DNA from: a virus
Taxonomy: Duplodnaviria; Caudoviricetes
Virus record (IMG/VR): IMGVR_UViG_3300016667_000323
Span: 1-40,077 of that record
Direction: 5' to 3' (one strand)
Length of the DNA: 40,077 bases
The translations under genes were made by a program, and so were the position numbers. The notes beneath the pieces were generated by a model, which saw nothing but the letters and a program-made list of their open reading frames with translations, did no database searches and was not told the origin of the DNA. Shown piece after piece: positions 1 through 7,678 of the stretch (position 1 is its first letter; each line of letters starts with the position of its first letter).

Positions 1-52
1 TGCGCGTGCGTGCGCGTGCGCGGGCGCGCGTGCGTGCGCGTGCGCGTGCGCG
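1..52. repeat. Alternating purine-pyrimidine simple repeat, (TGCGCG/TGCG)n
   Basis: tgcgcgtgcgtgcgcgtgcgcg... visible directly at the window start. Confidence 0.85.
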
Positions 53-123
53 TCGCTAGTCGCGCTGCCTTAGTCGCTCTGCCTTCTTAGTCTTAGTCGC
101 GCTGACTAACAAGGGGCACTGTC

Positions 124-152
124 TTGTGGTCATACCGTCTTGTGGCTATACT
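124..152 (+). promoter_or_regulatory. Putative sigma70-type promoter for the integrase
   Basis: TTGTGG (124-129), 17-bp spacer, TATACT (147-152); GGAG Shine-Dalgarno before ATG 176. Confidence 0.55.
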
Positions 153-175
153 GGTAGAAATTCTGGAGAATCACA

Positions 176-1186
176 ATGCTTAAGAAGCGAGGCAATAGCT
201 ACGAGGCGACCATCACCCACGCGGGCAAGCGGTATCGCCGTTCCTTCAAAACCCAGCAGGAAGCCGCCGTGTGGGAAGCACAGGCGAAGCTCGACCTGCT
301 CAACGGCAAGTCTCCCGAGATGGGAGCAGCGGCTCGCGTTGCGGTAGACTCCCCGCGCACATTGGGAGAGCTGCAGGACTTCGTGTACCGGCGCTACTGG
401 GCCGGCTCGAAGGGCGAGCGTATGGCCGACATCAACAGCCGCATCGTCACCACCATCATCGGTGAGGATGTCGCGCTGCGGGACATCGATGAGACACACG
501 TGGATACGCTGGTGTTCGAGCTGGAGCGGCAGGGCAACGGCAACGGCACCATCAACCGCAAGCTGGCCGCCCTGTCGAAGATGATGACGGTGGCCGCGGA
601 GCGTGGCTGGGTGTCTCGCAAGCCGAAGCTCGATCGCAAGCGTGAGCCGTCTAACCGCATCCGGTTCCTGAGCACCGACGAGGAGAAGCGCCTGCTGACC
701 TTCGTCCGCCACGTGGGCAAGGCCGCGTGCGCCCAGATGTTCGCCTTCCTGTTGGACACCGGGCTGCGCGTCAGCGAAGCCCTCGAGGCCCGCTGGGAGG
801 ACATCGACCTCGAGCGCGGCACTATCACCATCTGGCGCAACAAGGCCGACAAGCCCCGCACGGTGCCGCTCACGGACCGCGCCAAGGACATCCTGCGGTC
901 ACGCCGCGAACTGCCTACGGGGCCTTGGGCTGAGCTGGACTACGGTGCCCTGCGGTACGCTTGGCTTCTCGCCAAGGCCCACCTGAAGCTGCACACGGAC
1001 GATCAGTTCGTGATCCACGCCTTGCGGCACACCTTCGCCTCGCGCCTCGTGCAGGCCGGCGTGCCCATCCTGACGGTCAAGGAGCTGTGCGGTCACAAGA
1101 CGATCGAGGTGACCCTCAAGTACGCGCACCTCGCCCCACACAACCTGACCGACGCGATCGCCAAGCTGAATCAGATGGTGGCTTGA
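176..1186 (+). CDS. int: Phage tyrosine integrase/recombinase
   Basis: Catalytic motifs DTGLRVSE (R), HALRHT (HxxR), LCGH and KYAH (Y); N-terminal arm-binding-like segment GKRYRRSFKT; lies upstream of RNAP as in integrase-carrying T7-like phages. Confidence 0.95.
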   Translation: MLKKRGNSYEATITHAGKRYRRSFKTQQEAAVWEAQAKLDLLNGKSPEMGAAARVAVDSPRTLGELQDFVYRRYWAGSKGERMADINSRIVTTIIGEDVALRDIDETHVDTLVFELERQGNGNGTINRKLAALSKMMTVAAERGWVSRKPKLDRKREPSNRIRFLSTDEEKRLLTFVRHVGKAACAQMFAFLLDTGLRVSEALEARWEDIDLERGTITIWRNKADKPRTVPLTDRAKDILRSRRELPTGPWAELDYGALRYAWLLAKAHLKLHTDDQFVIHALRHTFASRLVQAGVPILTVKELCGHKTIEVTLKYAHLAPHNLTDAIAKLNQMVA

Positions 1187-1453
1187 CACAGAAATACAGA
1201 CATAATGTTCTTGTATCTTTCTGTGACTGGGTTCGTGGAATATTGCCTTGTTTCCCAAATTGGTAGATAATGCGGTCTTGACAATCGTTGTGTTAAAATC
1301 CACAAATGTAACTAAATTTCTCAACTTTCCTTAGAAGGGACCGTATAATAACCCTTAGGTCTCTTCCATAGGTGGATGCCTAGGAAGGGTAGGTCGGGTA
1401 AGTGGCATCTTAGGTGGTGCCACAAGAGAACCTAAGGAGAACTCGGAGATATC

Positions 1454-3835
1454 ATGAAGGAGACCGATCTCGAGGCCGAGATGTCGCAGCTCGGCGTCTC
1501 CCGATACCGCTCGAGGGTGTCCAAGGTCCGCTCCGCCAAGCTGGAATCCTGCTCGACCGCGGGCCAGCGAGTGCTCGAGAGGGCGGTCCACGAGCTGACC
1601 CAAGGCATCACGAACTGGATGGCGCACGCCTCGGTGGCCCCCGGCCGCAAGCACCGCGTGCTGCCCTTGATTGAGCAGATGCCCACCACAATTGTGTCGA
1701 TGATCACCTGCCGGGCGGTGATCGATGGCATCGCCTCCGTGCGAACGATCAACTCGCTGGCTGCCCAGATTGGCCGCCTGCTCGAGGACGAGCTGCGGTT
1801 CCGCAAGCTCCGCAAGGAGCACCCGCGGTGGTGGGCCAAGATGATGCGGCTGGTCTCCAAGCAGCCCGGAGAGCTGACCCGCTCGAGGTTCCTGAAGAAG
1901 TCAGCCCGGCTGCACGGCATGAGCCTGCCTGCGTGGTCCCCGAAGGACCGCGTGGCGCTCGGCCTCGTGTGCGTCGAGCTGATGCGCCAGCACACCGGCA
2001 TCATCGAGATCGTCAACCGAACGAACCTGTTCGGTAAGGACATGACCTTGGTCCGCGCCTCGGACGACTTCATGGCGTGGCTCGAGAAGTCCCACGCGGC
2101 GGCAGAGATCCTTGCCCCTGTGTACATGCCCATGGTCGTCGTGCCGCGGGCGTGGGACTCCGTGTGGACCGGGGGATACCTTGGGGTGTCCTTCGGTCGC
2201 CGGCCGCTGGTGAAGTCCACCAGCAAGCGTTACCTGCAGACCCTCGATACCGTCGGCATGCCCGAGGTGTACGCCGGGGTGAACCACATCCAGTCCACGC
2301 CTTGGCGCGTCAACGGCAAGGTGCTCGAGGCCGTGCGCCATGCGTGGGAGCGGGGGATGCTGATCGGTGACCTGCCGGGCCGGGAGTCGCTCCCGATCCC
2401 CGCCAAGCCCGTGGACATCGACACCAACCTCGATGCCCGCCGCCAGTGGAGGAAGATGGCGGCGAGGGCGCACTTCGACAACGAGTGCCTGCGGTCCAAG
2501 CGCATCGCCGTCAGCAAGACCATCTGGCTGGCCGACAAGTACGGCACCACCCCGATGTACTTCCCGCAGGAGCTGGACTTCCGAGGCCGCGTCTACCCCA
2601 AGCCAGTGTTCCTGAACAATCAGGGATCGGACTGGCAGCGATCGATCCTGACGTTCGCTAACGGCAAGCCCGTGGACGACAACGCCATGAGCTGGCTGGC
2701 CATGCACGGGGCCAACATGTGGGGTCTCGACAAGGTGAGCTTCGAGGAGCGCATCAAGTTCATCGAGGACAACCACGAGCTGATCCTGAAGATCGGTCGC
2801 GATCCGTGGTCGGAGAACTGGTGGACGCAGGCCGACAAGCCGTGGGGCTTCCTTGCGTTCTGCATTGAGTGGGCCGAGGTGCACGACAACCCCGGCACCG
2901 CGTCCTGCCTGCCGGTCCACCTCGACGGCAGCAACAACGGCCTGCAGATCTTCAGCCTCCTGCTGCGCGATCCTGTCGGAGCCGCGGCCACCAACTGCAC
3001 CCCGACCCCCAGCCCCCGGGACATCTACGCCGACGTGGCCGATCGCGTGGTCGCCAAGCTGACGGCCTCTGGCATGCCCAACGATCACGCTTGGCTTGCC
3101 TTTGGGATCGACCGCAAGACCACCAAGCGTGTGGTCATGTGCCTGCCATACGGTCTGACCCAGTTCTCGAGCCGCAGCTACGTCCGAGACTGGTATCTTG
3201 AGAAGGCCAGATCCACCGGAAACCGGCCGTTTGAGAAGGACACAATCTGGCACGAGGTCGGCTACCTGACTGGGCTGATCTGGCAGGCCATCAACGAAGT
3301 CGTGGTCGCCGCGGTGGGTGCCATGGACTGGCTCAAGACCTGCGCCCGCGTGCACGTCGAGGCCGGCGTCCCGATCCGCTGGAGCGCGCCCTCGGGCTTC
3401 CTCGTGGAGCAGGGCTACAAGAAGCTCAACCGCGTCGTGGTGAAGACCAGCGTCGGCTCGGTCCTGCGCCAGCACCGCATCCTGATCGACGGCAACGAAC
3501 TGTCCATCAGCCGCAACGTCAACGCCATCAGCCCGAACGTGGTGCACTCGATCGACGCTAGCATTCTGGTGCAGTCGGTGAACCTCGCCGCGGCTAATGG
3601 CGTGGGATCGTTCTCTTGCATCCACGATTCTTTCGGTGTTGTTGCTGCAGACGCTGGAGTTATCGGAACAGCAATCCGTGAAGTTTCTGTGCAAATCTTC
3701 TCCCAGCCCATCTTGAAGACGCTACAATCTGAGATGCAGGCTTACCTCCCCGCGGGGTACAGCCTGCCAGAGCCACCCCCGATGGGAACTCTGGACGTGT
3801 CGAGCCTGAGGCAGGCCGACTACTTCTTCGCCTGA
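1454..3835 (+). CDS. T7-like single-subunit DNA-directed RNA polymerase (gp1)
   Basis: DFRGRVY, motif A PVHLDGSNNGLQ, motif B RKTTKRVVMCLPYG, motif C IHDSFG, C-terminal YFFA. Confidence 0.97.
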   Translation: MKETDLEAEMSQLGVSRYRSRVSKVRSAKLESCSTAGQRVLERAVHELTQGITNWMAHASVAPGRKHRVLPLIEQMPTTIVSMITCRAVIDGIASVRTINSLAAQIGRLLEDELRFRKLRKEHPRWWAKMMRLVSKQPGELTRSRFLKKSARLHGMSLPAWSPKDRVALGLVCVELMRQHTGIIEIVNRTNLFGKDMTLVRASDDFMAWLEKSHAAAEILAPVYMPMVVVPRAWDSVWTGGYLGVSFGRRPLVKSTSKRYLQTLDTVGMPEVYAGVNHIQSTPWRVNGKVLEAVRHAWERGMLIGDLPGRESLPIPAKPVDIDTNLDARRQWRKMAARAHFDNECLRSKRIAVSKTIWLADKYGTTPMYFPQELDFRGRVYPKPVFLNNQGSDWQRSILTFANGKPVDDNAMSWLAMHGANMWGLDKVSFEERIKFIEDNHELILKIGRDPWSENWWTQADKPWGFLAFCIEWAEVHDNPGTASCLPVHLDGSNNGLQIFSLLLRDPVGAAATNCTPTPSPRDIYADVADRVVAKLTASGMPNDHAWLAFGIDRKTTKRVVMCLPYGLTQFSSRSYVRDWYLEKARSTGNRPFEKDTIWHEVGYLTGLIWQAINEVVVAAVGAMDWLKTCARVHVEAGVPIRWSAPSGFLVEQGYKKLNRVVVKTSVGSVLRQHRILIDGNELSISRNVNAISPNVVHSIDASILVQSVNLAAANGVGSFSCIHDSFGVVAADAGVIGTAIREVSVQIFSQPILKTLQSEMQAYLPAGYSLPEPPPMGTLDVSSLRQADYFFA

Positions 3836-3866
3836 ACCGATCCACAACTGGATCAAGGAGACAATC

Positions 3867-4523
3867 ATGAGCGCCAAGCGCAATCCGACAATCACGACCC
3901 CGAAGGGGACCGCCATCTTCCCGAAGCTCAATGAGCCGGATAAGAAGTTCAACCCCGAGGGCGTCTACAGCGTGACGCTTCGCCTGCCCGACGTGGAGGC
4001 CAAGCCGCTGATCGCCAGCCTGACCGAGATGCACGACCGCTTCCTCGCTGAGGAGGCCAAGAAGCTCGGCAAGAAGAACCTGAAGACCGGAGTCAAGCCG
4101 TGGAAGGTCGCCACGGACTGGGACAAGGACACCGAGACGCGAGTCGAGGTCCCCGGCTTCACCGACTTCACCTTCAAGCTCAAGGCGAAGGTGACGACGA
4201 AGAGCGGCAAGTCGTGGGAGCAGCGGCCGCAGCTCTTTGATGCGAAGCTCCAGCCCCTGCCGGTGGACTCTGATCCGGTCGGCGGCGGGAGCATCATCCG
4301 TGTGAACGCTGAGGTGTACCCGTGGTACACCGCGAGCCTCGGCTTCGGGATCAGCCTGCGCCCCCGTGGCGTGCAGGTGCTCGACCTGAAGACCTACGGC
4401 CCGCGCGACGCCACCTCGTTCGGCTTCGAGGCTGACGAGGACGGCTACGCCTTCAGCGGAAACACCAGTGCCGCCGCGTTCGGGGACGCCAAGGAAGGCG
4501 ACTCCGAGGACGGCGACTTCTGA
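3867..4523 (+). CDS. T7 gp2.5-like single-stranded DNA-binding protein
   Basis: TTPKG..FPKLNEPD.KF, VGGGSIIRV, acidic tail ending in Phe (EDGDF); AAGGAG RBS. Confidence 0.9.
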   Translation: MSAKRNPTITTPKGTAIFPKLNEPDKKFNPEGVYSVTLRLPDVEAKPLIASLTEMHDRFLAEEAKKLGKKNLKTGVKPWKVATDWDKDTETRVEVPGFTDFTFKLKAKVTTKSGKSWEQRPQLFDAKLQPLPVDSDPVGGGSIIRVNAEVYPWYTASLGFGISLRPRGVQVLDLKTYGPRDATSFGFEADEDGYAFSGNTSAAAFGDAKEGDSEDGDF

Positions 4524-4530
4524 GTGACCT

Positions 4531-4986
4531 GTGGCGAAGACAGGTCCCTCATCCTCTGACGGGGAGGTGCTGATTTCTCTCGGCATCGAACCCTGTCCGT
4601 GCCCCCGCCCGCGGGTGGGTCGGTGGGGCGCGTACTACCCCGCGAAGTACACTAAGTGGCGCAAGACGTTCACGAGTGCACTTCGCGGGGTGGTGGAGGA
4701 ACACGGTATCAAGCCCGCAACCGGACTGATCGAAGTTCGGCTGAACTGTCTCGCCACTAAGCCACGCACGAGTAAACTTCGCACCCCACGACCTGACGTA
4801 GACAACTTCGCCAAGTCAGTCCTCGACGCAGCCAACGGTGTGCTGTGGGACGATGACTCCTTGATTGTCGATCTTCAGGTCACCAAAGCTTGGACCCGCC
4901 CAACATGCTCCCCGCAGATCATCATTCAGATTCGACCTTCGTCAGGCACGAGCCCTGCCCGTCCTGCAAGTCGCGCAACAATCTAG
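4531..4986 (+). CDS. rusA: RusA-family Holliday junction resolvase
   Basis: PCPRPR N-terminal motif and RPDVDNFAKSVLDAANGVLWDDDSLIVDLQVTK, the RusA catalytic signature; occupies the gp3 slot. Confidence 0.85.
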   Translation: MAKTGPSSSDGEVLISLGIEPCPCPRPRVGRWGAYYPAKYTKWRKTFTSALRGVVEEHGIKPATGLIEVRLNCLATKPRTSKLRTPRPDVDNFAKSVLDAANGVLWDDDSLIVDLQVTKAWTRPTCSPQIIIQIRPSSGTSPARPASRATI

Positions 4987-6554
4987 CCCGTTACTCTGAC
5001 GGTCACGCCTTCTGCTTCGGTTGCCGCCACTACGAGGCCGGCACCGAGGATGCTGTTTCTTCGCCCACCCATAGGAACCCACCCATGCCATCTTCGCTCA
5101 TCGATTACACCCCGCAGTCTCTCGCCAAGCGGTGCCTCACCGAGGACACCTGCTCCCTGTTCAAGTACGGAATCGGTACCTACAACGGTAAGCCCGTGCA
5201 GGTCGCCACCTACTGCGACGAGAGCGGCACTCCCGTCGCGCAGAAGCTGCGCTTCCAGAACAAGGACTTCATGATCCTTGGCGAGGCCAAGCGCATGGGC
5301 CTGTTCGGCCGCCACCTGTGGCGCACGGCCGGCAAGATGGTCGTGGTCACCGAGGGCGAGGTGGACTGCCTCACCATGTCCCAGCTTCAGGGCAACAAGT
5401 GGCCCGTGGTCAGCATCCCGAACGGTGCTCCCAACGCGGCCAAGGCCTTCAAGGAAAACCTCGAGTGGCTCGAATCCTACGAGACCGTCGTGATCATGTT
5501 CGACAACGACGAGCCGGGCAGGGCGGCGGCGCAGGAGTGCGCGCTGCTGCTGACCCCGGGCAAGGCTAAGATCGCCACGCTTCCGCTCAAGGACCCCAAC
5601 GAGATGCTGGTTGCCGGCCGCGGCAAGGAGGCCGTGGACGCCATCTGGAACGCGAAGATGTTCCGCCCTGACGGCATCATCCCCGGCAACGAGATGTGGA
5701 ACGACATCATCACTTGCCCCACGGTTTCGTCGGTCCCATACCCGTGGACCGGGCTGAACAACCTTACCCTCGGACTGCGCCAGCGCGAACTCGTGACGCT
5801 GTGCTCGGGCTCGGGCATCGGCAAGAGCAGCGTGTGCCGCGAGATGGCGCACTGGCTGCTGAATCAGGGGCAGACCATCGGCTACATCGCCCTCGAGGAA
5901 TCGACCCGGCGCACGGCGCTGGGCCTCATGGGCATCGCGTGCAACCGCCCGCTCCACATCGAGATGGCAACGGGCGGAGGAGACAAGGTAGATGAGAAGG
6001 TTCTTCGGGACGCTTATGATCAGTCTGTGGGCTGCGGCCGGGTGTTTCTCTACGATCACTTCGGCTCCCTTGATTCGCAGAATCTGCTCTCGCGCATCCG
6101 CTACATGGTCCGCGGTCTGGGCTGCAACTGGATCTTCTTGGACCACCTGTCGATCGTGGTTAGCGGACTGGGTGAGGGAGACGAACGTCGGCTGATCGAC
6201 AACACCATGACCGCCATGCGCTCGCTCGTGGAGGAGCTGGGGTGCGGCATGGTGCTGGTGAGCCACCTGAAGCGCCCAGAGGGCAAGGGGCACGAGGAGG
6301 GGGCCCAGACCTCGCTCGCTCAGCTCCGTGGCTCCGCGGCGATCGGGCAGCTCTCCGACATGGTGATCGGTCTCGAACGAAACCAGCAGGACCCGAAGAA
6401 CAAAGACATCACATGTGTGCGTGTGCTGAAGAATCGCTTTTCTGGTGAAACAGGTCTGGCCACGGCCTTGCACTACGACCGATCCACCGGTAGATTGGTG
6501 GAGACATCGCTGCCCTCGGCCTCGGCGTTCGAGGAGGCGGACAGCGACTTCTGA
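4905..6554 (+). CDS. T7 gp4-like DNA primase-helicase
   Basis: Zn ribbon CPSC...CFGC, TOPRIM EGEVD and FDND, Walker A SGSGIGKS, IFLDHLSI, LRGSAAIGQLSD, KNRFSGETG; start could be 4890 or 4905. Confidence 0.96.
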   Translation: MLPADHHSDSTFVRHEPCPSCKSRNNLARYSDGHAFCFGCRHYEAGTEDAVSSPTHRNPPMPSSLIDYTPQSLAKRCLTEDTCSLFKYGIGTYNGKPVQVATYCDESGTPVAQKLRFQNKDFMILGEAKRMGLFGRHLWRTAGKMVVVTEGEVDCLTMSQLQGNKWPVVSIPNGAPNAAKAFKENLEWLESYETVVIMFDNDEPGRAAAQECALLLTPGKAKIATLPLKDPNEMLVAGRGKEAVDAIWNAKMFRPDGIIPGNEMWNDIITCPTVSSVPYPWTGLNNLTLGLRQRELVTLCSGSGIGKSSVCREMAHWLLNQGQTIGYIALEESTRRTALGLMGIACNRPLHIEMATGGGDKVDEKVLRDAYDQSVGCGRVFLYDHFGSLDSQNLLSRIRYMVRGLGCNWIFLDHLSIVVSGLGEGDERRLIDNTMTAMRSLVEELGCGMVLVSHLKRPEGKGHEEGAQTSLAQLRGSAAIGQLSDMVIGLERNQQDPKNKDITCVRVLKNRFSGETGLATALHYDRSTGRLVETSLPSASAFEEADSDF

Positions 6555-6562
6555 GAATCACC

Positions 6563-6973
6563 ATGCAAACCTTCCTGCCACACCCCTCGTTCACCCGCTC
6601 CGTGCGGGACCTCGACAACCGCCGCCTCGGCAAGCAGCGGGTCGAGACGTACCAGATCCTTCGCGCCCTGAACGGCCAGTCGAAGGGCTGGACCAACCAC
6701 CCCGCAACCAAGATGTGGCGCGGCTACGAGCGCGCACTCAGCAATTACCTTCGTGCCTCGATCATCGAGTGGATCAGCCGCGGCTTCAAGAACACCATGG
6801 CCATCCCTGACTTCGACAGCAAGGCACCGCTTCCCCCGTGGTTCGGGGACGATCGGCTTCACTCATCGCACCGCGCAAACCTCAAGCGCAAGGACGGTGC
6901 GCATTACGCTCACTACGAAGAGGACCCCAGCACCCCGTACTTCTGGCCCACCGAGGAGGCCGCACATGTATGA
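6563..6973 (+). CDS. Pyrimidine-dimer DNA glycosylase / endonuclease V-like protein (MSMEG_6728-like)
   Basis: MQTFLP...LDNRRLGKQRVE...NHPATKMWRG...PPWFGD...HSSHRANL.RKD family signature. Confidence 0.8.
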   Translation: MQTFLPHPSFTRSVRDLDNRRLGKQRVETYQILRALNGQSKGWTNHPATKMWRGYERALSNYLRASIIEWISRGFKNTMAIPDFDSKAPLPPWFGDDRLHSSHRANLKRKDGAHYAHYEEDPSTPYFWPTEEAAHV

Positions 6974-7205
6974 CCCGAACGAGATCAACATCCTTCGTGA
7001 CAAGATGTCCGCTATGGAATCTGAGCGTCTGCGTCTTGACGCTGACATTGCTGAGCTGCGGGCAAGACTTGTCGAGGAGCAGACCGCCAACATCGCACTC
7101 AGGTCGCGGATCGACATCACCGAATGCCATCTCCGTGATGCCCGCCAAACCAACGCGCGACTCCACTCGAAAGTTCAGGAGTATGAAGCCCGTGAGTTCA
7201 TGTGA
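6966..7205 (+). CDS. Hypothetical coiled-coil protein (79 aa, MYDPNEIN...)
   Basis: ATG preceded by GAGGAGG; overlaps the upstream stop; heptad-like sequence. Confidence 0.6.
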   Translation: MYDPNEINILRDKMSAMESERLRLDADIAELRARLVEEQTANIALRSRIDITECHLRDARQTNARLHSKVQEYEAREFM

Positions 7206-7218
7206 AGAGGACAGGAAC

Positions 7219-7626
7219 ATGAAGCTGTTGAACACCCTGCTGACCCGCCCGATGAAGAGGAACCTGAAGATGTGGATGGCGTGGCCGTACCAGCTCTTCG
7301 ACGCGATCCGCAAGGTCGAGACCGGCGACATGACGGACGCGGACGCGGCTCTGGCTGTTGGCGACAACGGCCGCAGCTTCGGACCGTACCAGATCCAGCG
7401 TGCGTACTGGCAGGACGCGATCGAGCACCAGCCCGAAATCGGCGGTCAGTTCCTCGACTGCCGGAACCCCCGCTATGCTGAGCGGATCATGCTGGCGTAC
7501 TGGGACCGCTACGCCCCGGACGACCACTACGAGACGCTCGCCCGCATCCACAACGGTGGCCCCAAGGGCCACGAGAATCCCAACACCCTTGAGTACTGGA
7601 AGCGCGTGTCTTCTAACCTCAAGTGA
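7219..7626 (+). CDS. Lysozyme-fold endolysin, i-type/destabilase-like
   Basis: AIRKVETG (catalytic Glu), GPYQIQRAYWQDA, ARIHNGGPKG; AGGA before ATG 7219. Confidence 0.75.
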   Translation: MKLLNTLLTRPMKRNLKMWMAWPYQLFDAIRKVETGDMTDADAALAVGDNGRSFGPYQIQRAYWQDAIEHQPEIGGQFLDCRNPRYAERIMLAYWDRYAPDDHYETLARIHNGGPKGHENPNTLEYWKRVSSNLK

Positions 7627-7678
7627 TCCACTACTGGATCTAACCTGCTACATTTATAGACAAGTGTAGTACCCACCC

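Noticed and set aside
1187-1453. tRNA-derived attP core or a complete dif site
   Set aside because: GGGTTCG at about 1229 lacks a T-arm context, and the XerC-side arm does not match dif; only a half-site resemblance was kept
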